Below, piece by piece: positions 27,600-38,041 of a stretch of 64,000 nucleotides of DNA (positions are counted from its first letter, which is position 1; every line of letters begins with the position of its first letter). The stretch is taken from positions 24,793,821 through 24,857,820 of the forward strand of contig NC_092379.1 in the NCBI RefSeq assembly GCF_030028105.1. Direction: 5' to 3'. A model generated the notes under the pieces. The model was given only the letters and a program-made list of their open reading frames with translations, was not told the DNA's origin and searched no databases. Source of the stretch: Mobula birostris. Lineage: Eukaryota. The translations under genes and the position numbers were made by a program.

Positions 27600-27960
27600 T
27601 ACTTGTAGAAACCCTTCGGGTTTACTTTCACATTATCTTCCAAAGCAAACTCATGTCTTCTTTTTGACTTCTTGATTTCCTTCTTTATTATTTTGCTATA
27701 TTTCCAATCTATACTCTTCAGTACCTCATTTGTTCTTTGTTGCCTATACCTGCTATAGACCTCTCTTTTTTTTTTTTCTTAAGCAGATCGCCAATATCCC
27801 TTGACAACCAAGTTTTCTATGCCTGTTGACTTTGCGTTTAATCCTGGTAAGTACCTGCAAATTTCGCACTCTCAGAATTTCGCCTTTGAAGGCCTTCCGC
27901 TTATTGAACACATCCCTGCCACAAAACGACGTATCCCAGTCCACTCTTCCCAGGTCCTTT
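27600..27960 (-). mobile_element. CR1 ORF2 fragment
   Basis: Central CR1 ORF2-like remnant (ORF 27753-27944). Confidence 0.6.
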
Positions 27961-28334
27961 CTACATAATTGACCCTTCTTATATGTATATTATGTATATT
28001 ATATCCGAGCAGTAATTAAGGATTGCCCTATCGTTACAGCGTGAAATATAATCTGTGGTATTCTGACTCTAAAACTGTATCAAGCTTGTATTTTTGGTAA
28101 CGTACAACTTCTTTCATTTATTTTTATTTTAAAATAATATATTGACCGATGAATTTTGCCACTTGTTAGTAACTTCCTTAATACTTAGTTTGTGTTGAAC
28201 TGCTATAGTTAAATTTCCTGCAATTATCCAGTCCAATCTTCATGTTTATATCTGCAGAAATGTTGCTACAATGGAATTAATTATTAATATGACTTTTTTC
28301 CCCTGTAGCTAAACATTGTAAATGCTTAGAAACA

Positions 28335-28446
28335 GGCGTAGCCAAGCACGTTCAGTGGTCAATTGGGAGGAAGTTTCGGACTATTGCAGATATGTTTCGT
28401 GTGGTGGACTTCTGAAGATTTACATATATATTACTGTGTGGCCCTA
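28335..28446 (+). pseudogene. V-segment relic (FR3 only)
   Basis: GV/PSTFSGQLGGSFGLLQICFVWWTSEDLHIYYCVA; ED..YYC motif. No RSS or recognisable FR1. Confidence 0.4.
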
Positions 28447-28789
28447 GTTGTTTAATCTTTCGTGTCGTGCCTTTGAGATGACATGTTTTGTAGGTATTAC
28501 TTTCCGCACAATTTACTCCTTGTTCATGTTGCAATGTCTTTCAAATTCCACATTTCATTCAGCACATGTGTCTTGCTTTTGCTTGCGGTTTATAAAAGTT
28601 ATGTGTGTTTGGATTGGCTATATCTATTAAACAATTTGTTCTTGCTTGTTTATCCTGTATTATTATTTGCGGACAATTATTATGGATTGCCCTGTCTGTA
28701 ATAGATCATTTGTTACAATATACTTTCTGGTGTACTGATTCTGAAGCTGGATCAGAAATTTATATATAGTCCCGAGACTTCCGAGTTTG

Positions 28790-28870
28790 ACCAACAACAA
28801 CAACCAAAACATCAACAAAAACAACAACAACAACAACAAATAATAATAATAATAACAACAACAACAATAA
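28790..28870. repeat. (CAA)n/(TAA)n microsatellite
   Basis: Direct inspection. Confidence 0.9.
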
Positions 28871-29279
28871 TTGGAAGGTCCGATTGCAAATGCTAAAATA
28901 TTTGTATCTATCCCATCACCTTACTGCACCTGCACTCCAGCCAATTCCATCGCCCACAATAGGTTTCCAACTCCTTCCGAATCTCTTGTCAACTACCGTT
29001 TTATGCGGAATCGATTCTGCTCCCTCACCAGGCTACCAACCAACGAATCGAAGCAAGTTCCATTAGTAGCGATAGACAAGAGGGCAAATTAATGGGTGTG
29101 TGATTTATGACGGCTACAAACATTGCAGAAAGACAGGGAGAATCAGATTCTTACATGGAAGGAAATAAACTGCGAGTAGGAGATAATTGTAAAAAGAAAA
29201 AAAAAAAATATGAGAGGTTGTTCAAATAACTCGTAGAGAAATTTAAAATGAATGTAAATTTGTTATTTTTGTACCATAG

Positions 29280-29615
29280 GGCATTGCTGAACAATGGTCA
29301 AATATAGAAAATTTTCGCACACAGCTAATGCAGAAAGGATATTTCGACAAAAATAGCGGAATTTCTCCTTGTTAGAGAACTGAGGCGAGAGCTGGGAATG
29401 CCGATATGCGAATCGCTAGTGTTCTTCTACTGATTGCACCGCAGGCACCCGAAACCACCAAAAAGATACAGATAACATTCAACGTAACTGCTAATACTGC
29501 AGGTGTTTCTCTTCGGATAGGTCACATGGAAATAAGGACGCTGAAGCGGTTAATACTCTCAACAATACTATATTTCCACAATATTTAGGAAAACCGGAAA
29601 CATTTGACAAAACCG
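29280..29615 (+). pseudogene. Highly decayed V relic with 23-RSS
   Basis: CACAATA (29577-29583) + 23 nt + ACAAAACCG (29607-29615), preceded by ...NTAGVSLRIGHMEIR/DA.AV and by a splice acceptor at 29279 exactly 297 bp upstream of the heptamer. FR1 and FR2 are not recognisable. Confidence 0.35.
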
Positions 29616-31447
29616 CATAAATAACACCCTTCATGCCGTTAATATTAACAACCAAAAAAATGAAAAACAAACATAATCCAAATATCCGAGGCATTTTCCA
29701 GGGCGAATCGCAAATCTGACAATCGGTTTGTATAGCTTCATACACACTCTCTAATTTACTGAATTGAACGAAAATATGGTATCAAATCACACATAATTAA
29801 GCGAATTACACTGAAATATAACACAATTTCGACACATGGATAATTTAAAGTTATACTCTCCTTTGTATTACACCTAAAGTAATAAATTCACGTAGTGCAT
29901 AATGTACTAGATATATAGCCATGAACGTTGGACTAGGTAAACGCAAAATATTAAACGAAGGTGCAATAGAGCGAGTAGAATATAATACAATGTAGCAGGG
30001 TAAAATAAAAGCAATGGATGAATATGAAAGAGGCAATTATCTTATCTGGGATATCAGCAAACAACGTAAATAGATGATGGCGCGATAAAGGGAAGACACT
30101 CGAGAGAATATACATCAAGCCTTAAGAAAATCTGCCAAGTAGGGCTCAGCATTAAACATACAAGAACAGAATGTAGTCTTTAGCAACAACTCGATTAATG
30201 TATTAGTTTGGCATAATATTCTGATACGATACCAATACCGAAATTTTGCAAAGAAAAATAAGAAATCAAAGAGTAACTTCCGAAAAACACTATGTGCACT
30301 TGACCTCTCAAATTATTTTGCGCAGGACTTGGACTTATCCTTTGTCAGCTTTTAGAAAGATGTGGTCGATTATTAGCAACTGACCAGCAAAAGAGAAAAA
30401 AAAGAAAAGAACGGCCATTTATACCATGACACACTGGAATTTCGGAACTGAGTTTCCTCTTGCGCTCAAGTAACCTGTCAACATTTTTCGGAAGTATATG
30501 AAACAGTTAAAATAGTTTTGAAAATGTATCATTAGCATTTCATTATAGAATCTTCCCATGTGGTTCATACCAATTACACATTTTTGAACTTTGGACTCTG
30601 TAGTCATTAATCACGCTTTATTCCGTATAAATATCATCTCAACATCAATACAAAACCCGACTCCTGTGTTCCCAGTAATATTTGCATAATACTTTTTCAG
30701 GAAAACGTACGAACGTTTCCTTAAATTATTCAAATAATCGGTCTAAACAGAAAAAAATCAACAGCGATAGATCAATGGATACATCGCCTCGTAGAGAAAC
30801 AGAATAAGTAAACTATTCGTGCTTTCAATTTTTGATAATTTGTTCTTGAAATGAAATTTGTCGGAATTGTTCTGAACAAATTGTCCTTAATTAATTTATG
30901 CTGCTCAGTGTGGGATGTTCATGTTCATTTATCGTTAGGTTTTAGATTGAGTTATACAGCTATTCACTTGTGCGTTCGTGGGGCACCGTGACTTTAACCG
31001 GGATGTTTAATATTCCCCTCTCCTATCTATATGTGATTGAATTAGATCTTTCCCATTTCTCCATAGTCTGTTTTTGTGCTTGTCGCAATAAAGACATCAG
31101 TTTAGATACATATCAAAATCAAAATTTTCTCGTCTTTTTCTCTGCATGGACCGAATGTTCGCAAGAATATATTTGCTCCAGTGGCTGCTGACGGAGGATT
31201 CATTCCGAACCGAAAGTTTCCAAAAGTGTCAGCATGTAATTAGCAGCAAGTTTGTGCATTGGCTGATGGCGTGTGTACTATCGGATGGACTTCGGCTGAG
31301 GGCAGATTGTTAGGATATATCTTTGATTCGTTTGGAACCTGTGAGTTTAGTGCCGGATTCGTTGTCTCTTCTCTGCAGTTTGAGCGCTCGGAAGTTTTTG
31401 TACAGCCTCTTTCGTCTTTTGAAACGCTGTGTTAGCCACCGCATTGA

Positions 31448-31486
31448 GGTTTTTGTGCATCTCACTTCCTCCGGTATATCACTGTG
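31448..31486 (-). other. Perfect consensus 23-RSS of the supporting V
   Basis: Minus strand CACAGTG + 23 nt + ACAAAAACC. Confidence 0.97.
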
Positions 31487-31792
31487 CTCCTCCCCGACTG
31501 ATGGCACATTGATACAAAGCGGAGTCGCTCACTTGCAGCATTGAGATCTTTAACATGCTGATTTTCTTCTCACGATCGATAGAACCGAAGAAGTGTCCTT
31601 CAGCAGTATTTTCGTGACCTTGATCGCCAGAGGTATGCGTCTGGAGCAGCAGTTTTGGAGGCTCTGCTTGGAGCTGCTGGAACCAGTGTACCGTGTATGT
31701 ACAAAACCCTAAATATTCGCAGCTTAATGTGACGACGTCATCAGAATAAGAAGATTGTACAGGAGGACTCTTGGACACCAGCGATAATAGAT
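31487..31792 (-). CDS. TRDV: Leaderless supporting TCR-delta V exon of the NAR-TCR cassette, open
   Basis: Acceptor TTTTATATTCCTTCAG, phase 1. Open frame DLLSLVSKSPPVQSSYSDDVVTLSCEYLGFCTYTVHWFQQLQAEPPKLLLQTHTSGDQGHENTAEGHFFGSIDREKKISMLKISMLQVSDSALYQCAISRGG with canonical Cys, Trp, Cys and an extra CDR1 Cys. No ATG-bearing leader exon was found upstream. J donor phase matches the acceptor (A-D-L junction). Confidence 0.9.
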
Positions 31793-33134
31793 CTGAAGGA
31801 ATATAAAAGAGACTTCACTATTACTTTACAACCATTATTGGATTCACCACCTATAGGAATGGATGAACGATTCACAGCTGCTGGTTTCGTTGACAATACC
31901 TTCAAAATGCTTTTATTGCCCTTGAAAATTGTTCCGGAGACTTGCTGAGCTAGAGAAATAATTGGCAGGTGGTGCAACAGGTGAAATGAAATTATCAGCA
32001 GGAGAAATGGAATTACTGCAATTAAATGCTGGAAAATCAGAAACCACTGGAATTAATATTTAAAATATTGAACATTTTTGAAACAATTTCCCAGAGTTAG
32101 CTCCCACAGAGATGGAGGATGTACCTGTTCTATTGCTTAGAATTCTATTTCTCTTCTATTTTTGTAACGGAAGGAAGAATGAGAAAAATAATTCAACAAG
32201 ACATTGATTTACAGCGACTGATGCACCATCTATAAATATGTTGCTCTTTGATTTAGCAGATCAAGATCCATGAAAAGGGAATGATTTTCCTTATTTGTGA
32301 TGAGGACCTGTGAGGTATGAGTACACGTTGTTAAATTTAATACACTCGCTGGTAGAACTTCCTAACCATTTGTTGTTACACACTCCAATGCTAAAGGAGC
32401 TCAGCAGGCCAGGCAGCATTTATGGAAAATACGAAACAGGCGATATTACAGTAGAGGCACTTCATCAGGTTATTCATAGATGCAACCTGGCTTGTCGAGA
32501 TCTTCTCGCATTTTGGTGTGTTGATTAGGTTTCCAGCATTTGCCGATTTTCTCATTTTTCCCCATTTTCTGTGCCAGGTAATCCTCTATTTTACTTGCAA
32601 GTCAGTCAGCTTTCAAATGTTTTCTTTTTCCCTGTCACTGTTTTTTTTTTTTTGCCTCTTTTGCTGCATATGCTATTGTAAACTTACAATTTTCTCAGGC
32701 ATTCTGTCAGATGTTGCTTGCATTGCCGCTTACACGTGGGTATCAGCCTCATTCACAACTGGGCCACTACACTGATTAATTGCATCTATAGCTTGTGCAT
32801 GATAAGAGTTACTTTCACAATCTTGCAACAGGCAGTTTCTGTGGACCCGCAGAGTCACTCAGCACAGGAATTCGCTGAGAAGTTTCGTCAGTCTTGATAG
32901 CCCTATGTGCTGACCCGAGATAAACACGTCTTCAGCTGCACTTGAAACCACCTGCTGTCAACACAAATTGCCGTTCTGTATATGTGAAAGAACCCTTATC
33001 GCTTCTCTCGTACTGTATAGTTACAGAGATACTCTGCCTTCAATTAACTGTACCTTCATTTAAACGCGTTCATGGCGTGAAGTTCAGAATCTGAACGTGT
33101 TATATTTCATAAATACCAATCTCCGAAACCTCAA

Positions 33135-35312
33135 TGAAACTTAGAAAATAGAACATAGAATAGTACAGCACAACACAGACCTTTCGGCCCACAATGTTGT
33201 GCGGACCCTCAAACACTGCCTCCCATATAACCCCCACCTTAAATTCCTCCATATACCTGTCTAGTAGTCTTTTAAACTTCACTAGTGTATCTGCCTCCAC
33301 CACTGACTCAGGCAGTACTTTCCACGCACCAACCACTCTCTGAGTAAAAAAAACCTCCTCTAATATCACCCTTGAACTTTCCACCCCTTACCTTAAAGCC
33401 ATGTCCTCTTGTATTGAGCAGTGGTTCCCTGGGGATGAGGCGCTCGCTATCCACTCTATCTATTCCTCTTATTATCTTGTACACCTCTATCATGTCTCAT
33501 CTCATCCTCCTTCTCTCCAAAGAGTAAAGCGCTAGCTCCCTTAAGCTCTGATCATAATGCATACTTTCTAAACCACTCAGCATCCTGTTTATTCTCCTCT
33601 GTACCCTTTTCCAATGCTTCCACGTCCTTTCTATAGTGAGGCGACCAGAACTGGACACAGTACTGTAAATGTGTTCCTAACCAGAGTTTTATAGATCAGC
33701 ATCATTACATCGCGACTCTTAAACTCTATCCCTTGACTTATGAAAGCTAACACCCCATAAGCTTTCTGAACTTCCCTATCTACCTGCGAGGCAACTTTCT
33801 GGGTTCTGTGGACCTGTAACCCCAGATCCCTCTACTCCTCCACACTACCAAGTATCCTGCCATTTACTTTCTACTCTGCCTTGGAGTTTGCCTTCCAAAG
33901 TGTACTACCTCACACTTCTCCGGGTTGAACTCCATCTGCCAATTCTCAGGCCACTTCTGCATCCTATCACTGTCTCGCTGCAATCTTCGACAATCCTCTA
34001 CACTATCTACAACACCACCAACCTTTGTGCAGTTTGTTATCTTGCCAACCAACCCTTCTACCCCCACATCCAGGTCGGTAATAAAAATCACGAAAAGTAG
34101 AGATCCCAGAACAGATCTTTGTGGGACAACATTAATCACAATCCTCAATCTGAATGTACTCCCTCCACGACGACCCTCTGCCTTCTGCAGACAAGCCAAT
34201 GCTCAATCCACCTGGCCAGACTTCCCTGGATACCATGCCTTCTGTCTTTCTGAACAATTCTACCTTGTGGAACTTTCTCAAGTGCCTTAGTAAAATCCAT
34301 ACAAATCACATCCACTGCAGAACATTGATCTATATGCCTGGTCACCTCCTCAAAGAACTCTATCAAACTTTTAGACACGATCTGCCCTTCACAAGCCATT
34401 GTGACTGGCTCTGATCAGACTCTGATTCTCTAAATGCCCAGAGATCCTATCTTTAAGAATCTTTTCCAACAGCTTTCCCACCACAGACTTAAGGCTCACT
34501 GGTCTATAATTATCCGGACTATTCCTTCTACATTTTTTTAACAAGGGGACAACATTCACCTCCCTTCAATGTTCCGGTACCATTCGCGTGGACAACGAGG
34601 ACATAAAAATCCTAGGCAGAGGCTCAGCAATCTCTTCTCTCGCCTCGTAGAGCAGCCTGGGGAATATATGTATTTTAACAACACCAACATCTCCTCTCCC
34701 TTATTATCAACATGCTCCAAAACATCAACCTCACTCATATTGTCCTCACCATCATCAAGTTACCTCTCATTGGTGAATACCGAAGAGAAGCTTTCATTGA
34801 GGACCACGCTCACTTCCACAGCCTCCAGGCACATCTTTCCACCTTAATCTCTATTCGGTCCTACCTTCACTCCCGTCATCCTTTATTTCTTAAAATAATT
34901 GATGAAGCCTTAGGGTTTTCCTTTATCCTACTCGCGAAGACCTTCTCATGCCCTCTTCTTGCCCTTCTCAGCCCCTTCTTAAGCTCATTTCTTGCTTCCC
35001 TATATTCCTCAATAGACCCATCTGATCCTTGCTTCCTAATCCTCATGTATGCTGCCTTCTTCAACCTGATCAGATTTTCCGCCTCACTTGTCACCCATGG
35101 TTCCTTCACCCTACCATTCTTTATGCTCCTCACCGGGACAAATTTATCCCTAACACCAGTAAGAGAGCGCTAAACATCGGCCACATGTCCATAGTACATT
35201 TCCCTGCAAAAACATCATCCCAATTCACACCCTCAAGTTCTAGACTTATAGCCTCATAATATGCCCTTCCCCAATTAAAAAAAAATCCTGTCCTCTCTGA
35301 TTCTATCCTTTT
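33135..35312 (-). mobile_element. 5'-truncated CR1 LINE inside the NAR-TCR J to supporting-V intron
   Basis: EPWVTSEAENLIRLKKAAY, DFTKALEKVPQGR, VPQRSVLGSLLF, IEVYKIIRGIDRV; 3' tail near 33140. Confidence 0.92.
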
Positions 35313-35395
35313 TTCACTTGATATATTCAGTACAACTGCCCTTATAAGCACAGTGATAAAACGGCTTTAAAACTTTCGCCATTTCAGATACTTAC

Positions 35396-35450
35396 CTGCT
35401 GTGACTATAACCGTGGACCCAGTTCCATATAGATAGTCAGTGTTGTAACT
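35396..35450 (-). CDS. NAR-TCR J segment (SYNTDYLYGTGSTVIVTA + 1 nt)
   Basis: IgNAR-type YGxG motif and phase-1 donor G|GTAAGT. 5' 23-RSS: CACCGCG (35451-35457), 23 nt, GCAAGAATC (35481-35489). Confidence 0.92.
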
Positions 35451-35818
35451 CACCGCGATCCGACTCTAAGTCTCACTAGTGCAAGAATCATCCTCACCTC
35501 AAGCAAACCAGTGGCCGTCATTGGACAATGTACAAATATTCCAGACATTTAAAACATCAACAGCATCATTCAGTGTGCCACAAATAACAATACAGCTACC
35601 TGTGAATAAGAAAACTATAAAATGACCGCATGTTGCTTTCCGAATTTTGGTTCCTTAATCTGCAGCCAACGTCAAAGACGAATCCTGGAAGGGGCAAAAT
35701 AGAACGGAATTTACCAGATGACAGCGTGAAAGAAATCTAACATATGATTCTCTTTCCTGAATGCAGAATATATGTATTATCGGGGCAGAAAGTTCTTGTT
35801 CGATTATCCTCCGTTGTG

Positions 35819-35832
35819 TATATCCCAAAACC
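35819..35832 (-). CDS. NAR-TCR D segment (GGTTTTGGGATATA) flanked by two 12-RSS
   Basis: 5' RSS: CACAGTG (+ strand 35833-35839), 12 nt, TACAAATCG (35852-35860). 3' RSS on the minus strand: CACAACG (35812-35818), 12 nt, ACAAGAACT (35791-35799). It lies between the V and the J. Confidence 0.85.
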
Positions 35833-36185
35833 CACAGTGTTTCGTGTCAGGTACAAATCGTAGAACAGTAGTGGGCTGGAGGTAACAGTTTCCAAACTGC
35901 TATTACAGCTTTCATGCTGTTGTAACAAGGTCCCATCCGAGATAAGTGTTTGGAAAGGCGGAATATCATTCTCAATTGCTGTTCGTTGGAAATATATATT
36001 TTTTTTGCGAAAAGTAACTTTGTATATGCAAATTCAGAAGAGAAAAGAACTAGACTAGGAACAGTAAACTTGCTGTCCCATTACAAAAAAAAAAATACGG
36101 CGTGGAACGCCGCCGAAGTCCCTCGAGGAATTATGGGCAGATTAACTGCGGTCTTTAAGCTGTTGATGGGATAATTTACAGCGAG

Positions 36186-36224
36186 TATTTGAGTACGGCG
36201 GAAATTCCTTTCCCAAGCTCTGTG
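36186..36224 (-). other. 23-bp-spacer RSS of the NAR-TCR V
   Basis: Minus strand CACAGAG + 23 nt + ACTCAAATA (nonamer 5/9, central AAA kept) directly after the V coding end. Confidence 0.8.
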
Positions 36225-36509
36225 TATATTCATATTGAACTTTACAAAAATAGGTGGCGCTGTCCTTAACTCCAAGATTCATAATGTTCAGGGTAATTGT
36301 CATTTCTGCTTTATTTTCCGATATTAAATATCTTCCTCCTGTGTTGATCCGCTCTCTCTCCGTTCCGGACTGCGTCTGTTTGATGAAATATCCGGTTACA
36401 AATATATCGCTGGACCATTTTTTATGAAACATGCATGTGATGGTGAGAGACTGGCATTCAGTTTTCGTCACCGCTGTCGGGCTCTGGGTCACGGACTGGC
36501 TGAAGAAGA
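36225..36509 (-). CDS. NARTCRV: IgNAR-type variable exon of a NAR-TCR cassette (NAR-TCR V), open
   Basis: Open frame FFSQSVTQSPTAVTKTECQSLTITCMFHKKWSSDIFVTGYFIKQTQSGTERERINTGGRYLISENKAEMTITLNIMNLGVKDSATYFCKVQYEY. It has both canonical Cys, the short IgNAR-like FR2/HV2 lacking CDR2 (ERINTGGRY resembles IgNAR xxISxGGRY) and an extra FR1 Cys. It is followed by an RSS, a D, a J and a leaderless V. Confidence 0.9.
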
Positions 36510-36656
36510 CTGGAAATTAAGAATATGGAGAAGCGTAAGCGGTATTATATGTGATACACGCAAGACGGCTAACATTATAACTTCATGAAATTCTGAATCG
36601 ACTTTTTCAGTATTATATCTATGTCGCATATTGCGGAAGTTGTGAACAGTACTCAC

Positions 36657-36699
36657 GGCGAAAGCAGAGGCACAGCGTGACTTTCAAGAGAAAGTTCAT
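36657..36699 (-). CDS. Leader exon of the NAR-TCR V segment (MNFLLKVTLCLCFR + 1 nt)
   Basis: ATG at 36699; 43-nt hydrophobic exon ending C|GTGAGT. A phase-1 intron of 147 bp ends at TTAATTTCCAG and splices in frame to the V exon. Confidence 0.9.
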
Positions 36700-36724
36700 T
36701 GTTTCGTCTCAGGGTGTCAGATGC

Positions 36725-36818
36725 TTTATATTCCGGAGAGCGAGAATGCTGTGGTAGTTTATTCCCCAGACCAGGGTACAGACACCTTGGCCGGAAGCTG
36801 ATGTAGATTTATGCAATT
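36725..36818 (-). promoter_or_regulatory. Putative NAR-TCR V promoter
   Basis: ATATAAA 26-32 nt upstream of the ATG (36725-36731), RUNX-type TGTGGT (36750-36755), ETS-type CCGGAAG (36791-36797) and octamer with one mismatch ATGCAATT (36811-36818). Motif matches only. Confidence 0.5.
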
Positions 36819-38041
36819 GCTGCGCTGTTTCCGAATTGTAATTTGTGCGACAAAACGGCAATTTTAATGAGCAATAGGTGTGGTTCTATTTCCTGCAAAG
36901 CTCTTTGAAACTGATGAGAAAGGTCCTCCCTTACTGGTTTAACGCCAATAGGAGTAATGCCTCGCCTCTGAATAAACACAAAATGTCGAGGAAGATCCGA
37001 AAGGAAATGGCATACTGGACAGGTGCCATGGTGAAAAGAAGTCTCGTCAAAATAATTGCTGCTGTCACTGGGTTTCAAAATATATCATCAACCACCTCCA
37101 GGTGTCTCAAGGAATGTCGTCAACGATATAGAAAACGGCAAGAAGAAGTCAGAAATGGAGCAAGCGATTTCTTGGGCGTTGTGGAAGTTGGAGGCAAAGT
37201 TGAGTATATTGACGGCATCAGCAAGGGTACATGAGGAACAACAACGCAAGTTCGTGTGGCACAAAGCGAGTTGGAGAATGTTAGAGCGTTACCGGTGTCG
37301 GCTTGAGACATGGAGTGTACTTCGTAGTTGACGTAAGTTTAGGCACAGCAGGGAAAAGGTGGCCGGTGGAAACCAAGCCGGTACCCATGTCTGCACCAAA
37401 GTCGGAGGAGCTGAAAGAAAAAAAAAAGGTGTTTGTGAGAACCAGCTGCTCAATATTATTAGGCTTTCCTGCTCTTCATTTGCAATGTACTGTGTGCAAT
37501 AGACTCAGATTACAGTCTGATTAATTTCAACGAAATGTTTTCCCAATACAGACAACAAGATTACTTGCATTGTCAACAAACCAGCTTCTAGAAAACTCAC
37601 CCAACTGTGTCTGCAGTGACATGCAGATGAGCTGATGCAGTTCTGTACCTGTACAAGTACGTTTCTGTCCTCTTTAATTACGTGTTGCACTCGGCACCTA
37701 ACAGCTGCTCAGTTATTTTTTCCTATCCTCATTCCCACCTTCTCCTATCCATCGTTTAAACATTCCTCTCCATAGATGCTGCCGAGCCTGCATAGTTCCC
37801 CAAGTTCTTTGCGTCTATCCCTGTGGATTTCTAGCATATAAAGAACGTTTTGTGATCATTTGATAATACATTTGATCTTGACATTATTCGACGAGTACGG
37901 CAGGTCAGACCACAGGGTGAATGAGAAAATGTGACACGGGACTTGTTCACACGATCCAGTTATGAGGGGAAGCTTGCCCAGGAATTTGCTAAGTGACACC
38001 AGAGACCGATTTTGAATAAACACATGGGCCATTTATTTTAG

